A DNA stretch of 64,000 nt, taken from contig NC_092677.1 of assembly GCF_964355755.1 (NCBI RefSeq), positions 25,469,175 to 25,533,174 of the forward strand, written 5' to 3'. This DNA comes from Antedon mediterranea (taxonomy: Eukaryota > Animalia > Echinodermata). How positions within the stretch are numbered: the first letter of the stretch is position 1; the number at the start of each line of letters is the position of its first letter. The notes beneath the pieces were generated by a model. It worked only from the letters and a program-made list of their open reading frames with translations, was not told the origin of the DNA and made no database searches. This document shows, in pieces, positions 1-11,500 of this stretch. A program made the position numbers and the translations under genes.

Positions 1-3000
1 TTCCGGCATTGAATCACAAGATTTACAGAAGTCACAAAAACAAACAACAAATGCACCCTTGTCTCCTCTTTCGGTATTGACTGCAGAGCTTGGAATCAAT
101 GAAGCAGAAAGCCATTCTACCAAATCAAACGAAGTTGATGGCAGTAGTCAAGACATTCTGGCAAAAGCTGCAGCTTCTATATTTTCTCCAGGATCATTAG
201 ATAATGGAGATAATGAACATGATGGAAATTCTCTAATGCAGTTGGAACCGGACAACAAAAATAACGTGCCTCAGGTGAATCGTATGAGCTCAAATAGTTG
301 TGAAAATCAAAGATCTGTGTTAGAGTCACAGTCTAGTTGGTTGTCCGAACCAGTTCAACCAAGTAAGCCAAGTGAAAAAACTAATGTGCCTTCGAAAGAA
401 TCTAACGTAAAAACAAAACGTAAGGAAAGTCGGAAGAAAAAAAGACAAAAGAGCACTTCTAAAGAGTCAAACCCGCTTAATATGAGTGGAGCAGGTATAA
501 CTCAAGAGTTGTTGCAGATGGCCGATATAGCGTCTGAAATGCCAACAAAGTCTTCAGAGTTAAGATCTGAAGATAATTTCCAGCAACCATTAGTTACTTC
601 AAACAGTCAGTCAGTAACTTCTAGATACTCTGCAGAAGCTATCATAAGTGGTATGGCCTCTGAATCTACCACCACCACCACCACTCAACCAACAGATACA
701 TGTTCAATATCTAGTACGTCATCAACTCCAAGCAATTCCTCTTTTCCATCGTACACAGGATCAAATAATTATGTTAATGATATTTTAAGTAATTCGATGA
801 GTGCAAGTGGTTTGCCGACATACATAAATGAAGATGAACAAAACCAACAGAACAGTCTCTTTTCACCTTATAAATCGTCAACCAAGCCTTCGGGTGATGT
901 AAAAACAGAAGATGTAGTAGTACCCTCTAGATCTGTAGAAGAAAAGAGAAAATCGCCAACATTGAAAAACAGAGCGTTTAGTTCACCAGTCCAAGGAATA
1001 TCAGCTGAACTGTTAAATTTAGCAGATTCCGTATCAGATACACAATCTCAGAGTTCACTTCAACAGGGTCAACAAGAAAACATTTTGCCAGAATTTCTTA
1101 GCCCTTTAAATTCTGAAAGTTCATTGATATCTGACCAGGAGCCAAAGTTGACAATTTCTTCAACAGCATCAGCGGCACAAAGCAGACCTCTGTCATCGTG
1201 GATAAGTCATCATTCAAGGGCGTCTGAGTTAGCATCAGTTACGCAACAAGCTCGTTCACAATCTAATAATCAACCATCAATCACACCGTTTTCAACGAGT
1301 ACAGCCAGATCCCAGAGCCCCACCAGTCGACCCAGCTACTTTTCACAGCCGTGGCTGACAACCACTTCGACTACATCAACAACTAGTAGTTTAGCATTTG
1401 CTCAGAGTGGATTCTCAAGTCCAGTATCATCAACAGCTAGAAGCTCACCAAATTTGATTTCAACTCAACATCAGCAGCTAAATGTTAGTTCGGTTATTAC
1501 CCACAGTACTAAAGCACTAAGTAGTCCATCAAAACAAACGAAAACAACAGAAAGTAAAGTATCACCATCACCGAGAATCTTTACAAAGGAAACAATTCAC
1601 AGAACACTGACAATGGACATTGCTGAGGAACCTACGGAGGAAGTTGTAAAACCAAAGAAACACCACACCCTACCAATTTCAGTGCCAGATAGGCCTCCTA
1701 TGTCGTCTGTTCCGGATAAGCCATCAACACCAACGACAGTGAAACCAAAAACAAAATCTAAACGAAAAAAGAAATCAGTAGAAAAGAAACAAATTGTCGA
1801 GCCACCAACTGCGAACACAAATGAATCATTAGCCAATGTTGGAAAACGCGCCTTAGACAAAGACTTAGTTGATAAATTTCCATGGCTGTCAGAAGCCGGT
1901 GAGGGAAGTCAAGAGGACCAGATGTCTGAAGGCGTAAAACCAAATACAAAAAATAGTACATCATTTAGTGTTCAAACGTTAAGTCAAAGCTCAAAGAACA
2001 AAGGGGATAAAACTGTGAAACAGAATCAATCTGCTAAAAAGAAAATATTGACACCAGTTGAAGAAATATCCAAACCAATCACAACAAAAGAAAAAGAACC
2101 TGAACATGTTACAGAAACCAGTAAAGGTCAATTTTGGAACCCTAGTTCTAGTTTTGGAATGTTATACCCGCCGCAGGAACCTGTTCCCGAGACTCTTCAA
2201 AGGTCTAACAGTCAGAAATCAAATGAACCAGCTTACTCTAGTACCTCATCTGTTATTACTTCAAATCATACAACATATCCAAGATACACATCCCATCAAA
2301 GGACTAGTTCTAGCTATACTCCTGTAGAAGTATCTAGATCAGCATTTTCTAACACCATGTCAACAAGCAGTCCTCAAGGTATTAATACTTTACAGAATAC
2401 CGACAACACCACAAATACGCCCAGTTACGATCCATTCTCAACCTTACCCCAGAGCTTTGCCAGTGCGAATACTTGTCCAACTAATCAAGACAGTGTTGAT
2501 AATCTTCCAGAACCCGATATAGATTTTTTATCAGCGCCATCAGAGCCTACACCGTTGTATCAACAATCGTCAAACAGACGGATCTCAAAACAACAAAAAG
2601 AAGTTACAAGTTCGATGCAGTCGCATACATCTGTTGTACAGCATGTGCTTGAAAACAGCCCAAGTAAGCAACACACGTCGGTGTCGCAGAACTCTATGCA
2701 GCAAAACAGGGATTTCAGCTGTGTTAAATCATCTACACAAAATTTGCAGAGCCCAGGATATAATGAACAAATACCAAATACAGTTTTAAGTTACCAACCG
2801 TCTGTGTCAAAAGGTTCCGACAATGTGACGGATTTCTCCTACAGCCAACAAAATAAATTGCCAACATCTTCCAAACCAGATTATTCCCTCCAGAATGAAG
2901 ATCATACTGATATATTTGATACAAACGCATTAGACTTCCCATCATTGCACGATTCACCGCCCCAGGAAAACTCCTCACGAGCAAGCAGCTCAGTGTCATC

Positions 3001-4345
3001 AGCCCACATGTTCCCATCGCATGGGGACAATCAACAGATGCGTATGGACACGCCCCGGTTTGATAACTACCAACATAGATCTTCTGACAATCTTTCTACA
3101 ATGGACAGAGAAGGAACCATGAATTTGTCACAAAATTATTATAATAGACATTCAAACATTAGCCATCAGGTGCAGCAGCCTAGTCTGAAACGATCAGCAC
3201 CAGAACAACCTTCACACCAGATGTCCGCCAAAAGGCCATCTAGGGTTGAGACATCATCTGTGAATCAGGATAGCCGCATGGGAGTCCCGACACCAGACAG
3301 TTTACCAAGAACCCCGCTGTCAGTCGATGGACACGTGTCACAGGACACTGGAAGGTTACCTACCGGAACAAGTAACACTACTTCAACGCACCAACGACAT
3401 CACTCGTCAAAAAGGAATGCACCAAGTTATAATAATGCCACTGACAATTATTCTCCATCAAATAGAACTAATGGAACTGCCCCTATCTCATCAAGGAATC
3501 ACAAACGCAATAATCCTGCACAGTATTACTGTGTGCCACCACAACCGCATAGATCAGAATCTGGAATATCACATGATCATCCGCACGATCTCTGGTCGCT
3601 AGGTTCGCCAAGAAACTCTGTACCACCAATGTCTGAAGCATCACCTTTTTTAGCGAATTTTTCGACTTCGCAACCAACGCATACCTCTCTTCTATCACAC
3701 AGCGAACTTTCAAATGCACCTTCAAGCACCAGTTCTAGCATATCGCCAGCTCGCCGTATTCGACATCCAGAACATCCGACATACCTTCCGGCGCCTTTAA
3801 CAAGTTCTTTGCTTTCGAATCAATCGGCAAAAAGTTCCCGAGAACCGGATATAGCTCATTTCAACCCGATGTTTGCAACCAGAACACCAACACTTTCTAT
3901 GAATGCATTGCAACATAATTTTCCTATTTTTCCAGATCATCACGCTCCTCCGAGTTTTAACGTAGGAAAAGGACCTCAGATACCAGGAAATATGAATCTC
4001 GCAAGCCATCCGCACATCTCGCCGAATTTCAATTTTAATAGTATATTTGGTGACGTCGGGACAGGGAGCAATGGACACGTGGATCCTAGTTCATTGAACC
4101 CAGGTCTGCACGTTCCTCATTTACATAGCAACGCCAGCCTTCCTGTTGAAGAACATTTATCGTTACGTGGACATCACATTCCGTCAAGACACGCTCAGAC
4201 ATTTGGTGGGAATCCTGTTGGTTTGAATTCGTTGATGAGACCAAACGTACCACCAGATGTTAGGCCACCGTACAAGGTGTCTATGGCCATGCATGGCCAG
4301 CCACACTTTCATGGTGCTTCATTTAGTGGCCTCCCACCGTACTAA
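1..4345 (+). CDS. Giant terminal exon of a Ser/Thr/Gln/Pro-rich disordered protein, probably USF3 (KIAA2018)-like bHLH transcription factor; 5' part outside window
   Basis: Uninterrupted >1400-codon low-complexity ORF ending TAA at 4345. Short islands such as RYSAEAIIS, SFSVQTLSQS and PNFNFNSIFGD recall motifs of the USF3 giant last exon. No bHLH is visible in the window, so identity is tentative. Confidence 0.5.
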   Translation, partial: SGIESQDLQKSQKQTTNAPLSPLSVLTAELGINEAESHSTKSNEVDGSSQDILAKAAASIFSPGSLDNGDNEHDGNSLMQLEPDNKNNVPQVNRMSSNSCENQRSVLESQSSWLSEPVQPSKPSEKTNVPSKESNVKTKRKESRKKKRQKSTSKESNPLNMSGAGITQELLQMADIASEMPTKSSELRSEDNFQQPLVTSNSQSVTSRYSAEAIISGMASESTTTTTTQPTDTCSISSTSSTPSNSSFPSYTGSNNYVNDILSNSMSASGLPTYINEDEQNQQNSLFSPYKSSTKPSGDVKTEDVVVPSRSVEEKRKSPTLKNRAFSSPVQGISAELLNLADSVSDTQSQSSLQQGQQENILPEFLSPLNSESSLISDQEPKLTISSTASAAQSRPLSSWISHHSRASELASVTQQARSQSNNQPSITPFSTSTARSQSPTSRPSYFSQPWLTTTSTTSTTSSLAFAQSGFSSPVSSTARSSPNLISTQHQQLNVSSVITHSTKALSSPSKQTKTTESKVSPSPRIFTKETIHRTLTMDIAEEPTEEVVKPKKHHTLPISVPDRPPMSSVPDKPSTPTTVKPKTKSKRKKKSVEKKQIVEPPTANTNESLANVGKRALDKDLVDKFPWLSEAGEGSQEDQMSEGVKPNTKNSTSFSVQTLSQSSKNKGDKTVKQNQSAKKKILTPVEEISKPITTKEKEPEHVTETSKGQFWNPSSSFGMLYPPQEPVPETLQRSNSQKSNEPAYSSTSSVITSNHTTYPRYTSHQRTSSSYTPVEVSRSAFSNTMSTSSPQGINTLQNTDNTTNTPSYDPFSTLPQSFASANTCPTNQDSVDNLPEPDIDFLSAPSEPTPLYQQSSNRRISKQQKEVTSSMQSHTSVVQHVLENSPSKQHTSVSQNSMQQNRDFSCVKSSTQNLQSPGYNEQIPNTVLSYQPSVSKGSDNVTDFSYSQQNKLPTSSKPDYSLQNEDHTDIFDTNALDFPSLHDSPPQENSSRASSSVSSAHMFPSHGDNQQMRMDTPRFDNYQHRSSDNLSTMDREGTMNLSQNYYNRHSNISHQVQQPSLKRSAPEQPSHQMSAKRPSRVETSSVNQDSRMGVPTPDSLPRTPLSVDGHVSQDTGRLPTGTSNTTSTHQRHHSSKRNAPSYNNATDNYSPSNRTNGTAPISSRNHKRNNPAQYYCVPPQPHRSESGISHDHPHDLWSLGSPRNSVPPMSEASPFLANFSTSQPTHTSLLSHSELSNAPSSTSSSISPARRIRHPEHPTYLPAPLTSSLLSNQSAKSSREPDIAHFNPMFATRTPTLSMNALQHNFPIFPDHHAPPSFNVGKGPQIPGNMNLASHPHISPNFNFNSIFGDVGTGSNGHVDPSSLNPGLHVPHLHSNASLPVEEHLSLRGHHIPSRHAQTFGGNPVGLNSLMRPNVPPDVRPPYKVSMAMHGQPHFHGASFSGLPPY

Positions 4346-4974
4346 TGCATTTGCTACATTATATAATTTTAAATTCATGCTAAATTTGGTTTTAGAATCT
4401 AGTATCAGAAACGCATTTACAGGGTGTGCATTTCTACGTAAAAATATTGTAAACTGTATTTTCAATAACCCGAAAGAATCTGATTATTGATAAATTAGAA
4501 CAATTAGCAAAAGATTTGGTTTTTAAAATTAGATTATTTTAGATACAAACGTACACAACAGTGTTTTGTAAGGTATGGTGAATTTTTCTAATCAAATTGA
4601 TTACCAACACAATGATATATATTTACTTAATTATAATATATTTATTAAAAAATAACTGAAAAAATTTAATTGGACATAAATTATGTAATAAATTATGAAA
4701 ATTGCAGAAACTGAAGTTATATGATGAAATCATGGTCTACTTAATTGGATTAAAACAAATTTACAGTTTATTTTTTGAAATGAAATATTGTTATTAATTA
4801 AGTATGCATGATTAGGCCTATAAATAAATACTTGTTTGTTGTCAATGCGAGATTTAGGGCACAATAGCAATTTGCTGGTTCAAAAGTTTTTTATTTATTT
4901 TTAAAGATATTTTTTTTAAACATACAACATTTTGAAGCATATTTGTTTTTAAACAAAGTACATTCGGTCACTAT

Positions 4975-5114
4975 AGGGTCGGATCCAGGGGTGTCTTAAT
5001 TGGGGCACACACTTCTCACTTTTGACAGCTAAAACAGAAAACTACTTTTCGATACCTATTTTTGACAGACTACCTTAGCGCTCCCCCGTTTGAAAAATCC
5101 TGGATCCTCTGCTG
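4975..5114. mobile_element. Degenerate hAT-like MITE
   Basis: Imperfect terminal inverted repeats agggtcggatccagg ... cctggatcctctgctg. Confidence 0.35.
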
Positions 5115-7260
5115 ATTTTCATGTAATTTTAAAGCAGTTTTTATATAATGAACCTATATTTGGTGATATACTGTAGTGTATGTTTTAATTTTTTATTAGT
5201 TGGTTTTATGTGAAAAACAAATGTCTGATAAGTGTCATAATTTAACAAGTAGTTGAATTGAAGTTCAGTTAGATGAAGTTATTGTTTTTCGTGTGACATT
5301 TTGTTGTAGGAACATTTTAACACTCGCCATTTGTACTTTTCGTTGCATTTTTTTAGCACTCTTATACTCGTCGATTCATTCATACAATGTGATAAATGTA
5401 ACGAATTGTTCGCAGATTGAGTAAGCCCACGTAATTTAATCAAGCACGTCGCAATGGATCATTGAATTGTCCCTTGTGATTGGTCAACTTACCTCCAAGT
5501 AACCTAGCTTAATCACTCTGAATGCTGGTAAAGATTACATGCAACTGCAATGGTGTACACTTATAGGATATATATTATCGAAAAAATCTGTGTACACTAT
5601 GAAACTAGTTCGACAAAAAAAATGTAATGTGCCCAAATATGGTAGTGATATGCTTAAATATGATAGTGATATGACATCATTGTGTCCATATATGGGCACG
5701 TCACATTTTTTCGTCACACAAAGTTTGATGGTGTAGACAGAGCTTTAAATTAATTATTTAGCAAACTTTTTTGAGTAATAATACCCACTGTTCATTGCAG
5801 TGTCTGCCTCATGAACTACATTGAACAAACTAGTAGTTACTGCAGTAACTGCAGTATAATAGTTTTTACTTGATTTATTAATATTTACTACTGGGGAAAA
5901 AACAGCAATTTGTTGAATTTCATTGTATGTGTGAATCGCAGATAAAAATGTCTATTATAATAACCTTTAATGATATGTATAATATTATAAGGACCTATCG
6001 CAGGTATTTATAGCATGGAACATTTGTAAACATTTCATGAAATTGTACAACTGTTTAAAAATTGCATTAATGAAGTATATGAAATAATGTTGTAGAATAT
6101 CTACCTGGAATAGGTTTTAAGAAATGTGTACAAAGAACTATTTTTTGATGATTAGCCTAAGTTTTGAAAAAGCTTTGTAAATTTTGCCTGAAAAAAGCGT
6201 TTTAGTACTCAAAACGGGGGTATGAGATAGTACCGGCGGGTATAATCTGTGTTTTCAATGTGTTTATCAGTATTTTGTATCAAACTGTACATAATTTGTA
6301 CATATTGAAAGAGGTGATATGTGCCACATATGTTTATATTGTACGATAATTTTTCTCTTAAATAAAATATGATGTATAATTGTAAGGTAGGGTAATTTGA
6401 ATTGGTTATTAAGTACGAACCAAGATGATAATTTCATACCACTTAAAAATAATATATCATATTTATGTTTTCATTTAATAATGTGGTATTTTTTTTTTTT
6501 CATTACAAAACCAATAAACCTACAAACTGGTATAATCCCTAAGTAAATGTGGGCTTATAAATGAGGACCAAAGTGTGATGGGTTGTCCTTGCATGAACAT
6601 TTGCATGTAATATACTACAAATAGGGGGGTGGGGGGGGTGTGGTTGGATATGTCGGGTATGAGAACCGTAAATCTGGTCTTATTTGAATAAGTGTATTTG
6701 TGCTTATTAAATTGTAAAATAAACTGGACAACATTACAGCAATATTGTAGGTGTTCGTGCAGCAGTTGTTAATTAACCAATCAAATCTCTAAGATCTGGA
6801 CGCCCTTAAGCCTGTTAAGCTCTGTTTACACTATCAAACTAGTTTGACAAAAAAAGTGTGATGTACCCAAATATGATAGTGATATGCCCACATATTGTAG
6901 TGATACATGCCAAAATATGGTAGTGATATGACATCATCATGTCCATATAGGCACATCACATGTTTTGTTAGATTCAGAATATATCAAATGGAATTTCAAT
7001 CATGTAAAAGAATAACTGGTTTTATTGTACATTGTCTAGATTTACATTGTGTAGATGTACATTTGAAAACAATACGTTCACAAATAAATATTTTTAAGTG
7101 GTTTGAAAAGATGCCCCTATTTAAAAAAACAATTATTGAACATCTTTGCTGTGTTTTTATCAGCAAAGAGAAGATGACCTCAAATAAAAGGAATATCTAC
7201 AAGTAAAAATCAAATGTTTTTATTTATATCTGAGTTGAACAATCAATATACAGCAAGAAG

Positions 7261-7404
7261 CAGTGGCATAACGGCTATGAGGGCTCACTGTCTAAACCTA
7301 TAGGGTCCAGGAACTTATGGGGGCCCCTGAGCAGTGCCCAGGCTAAAAATGCATAAGGCCTTCAGCGTTGGAGGACCACTTAGGGTTCCTTAACTATGTC
7401 ACTG
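7261..7404. mobile_element. hAT-like MITE
   Basis: TIRs cagtggcata ... tatgtcactg, flanked by an imperfect 8-bp duplication gcaagaag/gtaagaac. Confidence 0.5.
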
Positions 7405-7556
7405 GTAAGAACCTTCTATTGGGACACCCCTATTAAGGCCCAAGGGTATACTTTACTGGGTCTGTTGCCCTCCCTGTACTATAAAATTTGTCAATTATGG
7501 GAATAAAAATGTCAATTGTCTAATACTAGACCAAATGATTTTCACATACAGTAGTG

Positions 7557-7712
7557 TTGGGATTTATAGCTTGGTGGTTAACATACTTACCTTCCAATTC
7601 CAAGGTCTAGGGTTCAATCCTGACCTAGTGCCAGACTCTTTTACCACACTCCCTAAGCCTAAAATGACTCATCGTGTGATTACTGTATATAGTTTATCCA
7701 TCCTGTAATTGG
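7557..7712 (+). mobile_element. tRNA-derived SINE family A (degenerate copy)
   Basis: A box tagcttggtggttaa, anticodon-like cttccaa, B box ggttcaatcc. Shares its body with copies at 46790-46975 (-) and 61088-61258 (+). Confidence 0.65.
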
Positions 7713-8156
7713 CAAATTTTTTAACAAACAAAATCATAAGGTGAAAGCAGTCGAGATAATTTTTTGAGTCGAGATTTTATAAATCTGTTTATTTCAATAA
7801 AAGAGTCTTCATTGCATACTATTACAGTTCGTACCTCACTTACTATTTTCCACATTTTCACAATACTAAAAACGAATTACGTTCAATAAGATTCTTAAAT
7901 AATTTTAAAAATACAGATATGACAGGTATTCAAGTTGACAGGGGCTGGTCAAGCACATCACAAGATGACATGTAGTTTTATACTTTTGCTTTTCCGCTAC
8001 TCCCCTGTTATACTTATATGTTTGTTTTTTTGCTATGTAGAAAGATTTGAATATTTGAAAATAAATAAATAAATATGGATTGTGTTTATTATTATAGTAT
8101 AATTGTCCATTTATGACAATATATATTTGTAATACCAATCTCAAAATGGTCTCTTA

Positions 8157-8297
8157 AGCTCTGTCTACACTATCAAACTTTATGTGACAAAAAAAATGTG
8201 ATGTGCCCATATATGGACACGATGATGTCATATCAATACCGTATTTGGGTATATCACTACCACTATCAAACTAGTTTGATAGTGTAGACAGAGCTTT
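8157..8297. mobile_element. Dominant PIF/Harbinger-like MITE (representative copy; about 40 copies in window)
   Basis: TIR AGCTCTGTCTACACTATCAAAC in TAA/TTA context with an internal 21-bp unit cccaaatatggtagtgatatg. Other copies near 5585, 6818, 10673-11352 (x4), 11654, 13218, 13853, 17825, 19046, 19588, 19775, 20247, 24751, 25962, 27467, 27655, 28222, 29325, 32042, 33963, 36024, 39067, 41858, 42317, 43588, 47608, 49762, 51409, 52926, 57250, 57742-58072, 58334. Confidence 0.9.
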
Positions 8298-8528
8298 AAT
8301 TTCTTTAAAACATTAAACTTAAAATATAGTTTTAAAATACACTTCTTAATACTGGAATTAAATAAGTTATATCAATATATTAATAATTCTCATATATTTT
8401 AGATGAGCTGCATCATAAATTATCATAACTGATAAATTCTTTATTACTAGTGAAAATGTAATGAACTCTCTTTGATACCATTAACCTATGTACCTAGGCT
8501 GGGTCATGCGCATCTCTCGTAAAGCCCC

Positions 8529-11500
8529 CTAGGCCTTGAGAAGAGCATTAACAACAGCACGTACATTCAGGTTACGAAGGTCACGGTAGGTCTGACCGGT
8601 TCCCACAAAGACAATTGGTTGACCGGTTGCATAGGTCATGGAAATAGCAGCTCCCACCTGTAAATAACAATATTCAAATATTTGTTGTGATTGTGTTTAT
8701 TTTTATAAAAAATGTATATACATGTTTATACAGTATTGTGGTTCTTGTCTTTATACATACCTTATCGTCAATCGTATCGAACTTTGTAAGGACAATGCCA
8801 TCAATAAGTCTTGGATTGGACATATGGGAGTGGTCAGCAAGGGCCTGATTGAACTTTGTCAGTTGGTCAACAGCCTCATTTCCAACCAAAGCCTCACCAA
8901 CAAAAAGCACTAGGTCTGGTTGGTTGATCTTAATTAGCTGAAAAAATGAACAGAAAAATCTAGAGATCCATTCTCCCCTGGTAGCATATAAATGTACTAT
9001 AGCTGCAGTACTATGAGTAGATATAGGCAATGTTTAGCTATAGGCACTCTGTAGCCATAGGCACTCTGTAGCTGGCACTGGGTAGATATAGGCACTGTGT
9101 AAACTATAGTACTATGCATAGCTATAGGCCCTGTGCAGCTGTACATGAGTAGCTATAGGCATATAAATGTACTGTAATATGAATAGCTTTAGACACTGTG
9201 TAGCTATAGGCACTGTGTAGCTACAGACATTGTAGCTATAGTACTATGAGTAGTTATAGACACTGTGTAGCTACAGTACTATGAGTAGCTATAGGCACTG
9301 TGTAGCTACAGACACTGTAGCTATAGTACTATGAGTAGTTATAGACACTGTGTAGCTACAGTACTATGATTAGCTATAGGCACTGTGTAGCTATAGGCAC
9401 TAAAAAATTAAAAAACTTACTTTAGAGAGTGATCTCATTAGGGGTTCATTGTCCTGCATTCTCCCAGCAGTATCTACGAGTACAGCGTCAAAATGAAGGT
9501 CACGAGCTGCACGAAAAAACATTCAATTTACATATATAAATGAATACGTTAATAATTAACTTTTAATTTAAGAAATTGAAAAAAAAAATTTACCAAATTT
9601 GACAGCTTCCATTGCAATACCAGCAGCATCCTTTCCATAGCCTTTCTCATACAGTTGCACATTCTGTTGACTGCTGCCCTCAGCGGCAGGGTGTAGCACA
9701 TTCAGTCGACGAGTGTGAGTTCGCAGCTGTTCCACAGCTCCGGATCGAAACGTGTCACACGCAGCAATTAGTACACGAAAGTTGTTCTCCAATAGCCAAA
9801 AACAAATCTTTGGAAAACAAAACATTTTTTTTTAAAGCCTATTTGATAAAAGAGTCAATTTTCTATTTTTAACATTATTTAGAGATATATAATATATATT
9901 GTTACTTTTTTTTAATTCTCTAATTTTGATCCCTTTTATTGTACTACTTAATTTTAATTTTAAATTGCTTGTTATAATCTGGGCAGTTTCCAATAAACAT
10001 GAATAAATGGATCCAACCGACAACGAACTGACAACCTCAAAGTCTGGGAATTTACTCACCTTTGCCAGATTGGTCGATTTTCCAACACCATTGACACCGC
10101 AGAAGGTCACCACATAAGGTCGGTTCTTAGCCTGGCATTCCATGATGTCTCTCAAGATATCAATACGTCGATGTGGCGATAGAAGCTGAACCAATGATTC
10201 CTGTACGCCCTCACGTACAGTAGAGGCAATGCCTTACAAGGAAATGAAGAAAATCAGGGGTGTATTCAGAGCACTCGCAAATCACCTTTATCACGCAAAT
10301 CACCTTTATCACGCAAATCACCTTTATCAAGCAAATCACCCGTATAACTTACGATCAAAGGTTCCCAAAATCTTGCCCTCCAACTTGGTCGCAACAGAGT
10401 CACAGATTTTCTCGGCAATGTCAGCAGCCACATTTTTGCCTGAAAATATGAACAAAGAAACAGAATAACGCCTTGTCTAGACTATCAATGGCCACCACCA
10501 GGTAAGCTTACTTCATTAAGGCTTCTATGAATGGATGTACTGGTTGGGAGCAGGAACGCTAGTAGACCAAACCCAGTACCGTTTTGATTACGATCAATCG
10601 GGAAATTACCTCATGACGTTTGTAGAAAGAGTTTTAATTAATGGTTTAGTTTTTTAATGGTTAGTTTTTATAAAGCTGTGTCCACACTATCAAACTAGAT
10701 TGACAAAAAAGTGATGTGCCCAAATTTGGTAGTTGTAAGACATCCTCATGACCATATATGGGCACATCACATTTTTTTTCCCACATAAAATTTGATAGTG
10801 TAGACAGAGCTTTAATTAAGAGAAACATAATGGTCAAAAAAGTGTGATGTGCCCAAATATGGTAGTGATATTCCTAAAAACGATAGTAATATGACGTCAT
10901 CTTACCCACATATATGGGCAAATCACATTTTTTTGTCACATAATGTTCGATAGTGTAGACAGAGCTTTAATTAAGAGAAGCATAATGGTTAATTTTTCTA
11001 AAGCTTTGTCCACACTATCAAACTAGATTGACAAAAAAGTGTGATGTGCCAAAATATGGTAGTGATATTCCCAAAAACGATAGTAATATGACGTCATCTT
11101 ACCCACATATATGGGCACATCACATTTTTTTGTCACATAATGTTCGATACTGTAGACAGCGCTTTAATTAAGAGAAACATTAATACTTGTTTTTTTAAAG
11201 ATCTGTTCACACTATTAAACTAGATTGACAAAAAAGTGTGATGTGCCTAAATAGTGATATTCCCAAATACGGTAGTGATATGACATCATCATGTCCATAT
11301 ATGGGCACATCACATTTTTGTCACATGAAAGTTGATAGTGTAGACAGAGCTTTAGTCCATATTTAGTACAGTAGCTAGGCCAGTACATTAGTATTATTAT
11401 GAAAAAACAATTACCAATAAGATGGTCTCTCATCTTGATCAGCACTGGTTCCATGTCCTCTTTGGATAATGTCTTTGAGCTCACAAGCCCCTTAAACATG

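Noticed and set aside
1597-4078. Overlapping or antisense ORFs within the large exon
   Set aside because: Short shadow ORFs with no recognisable motifs.
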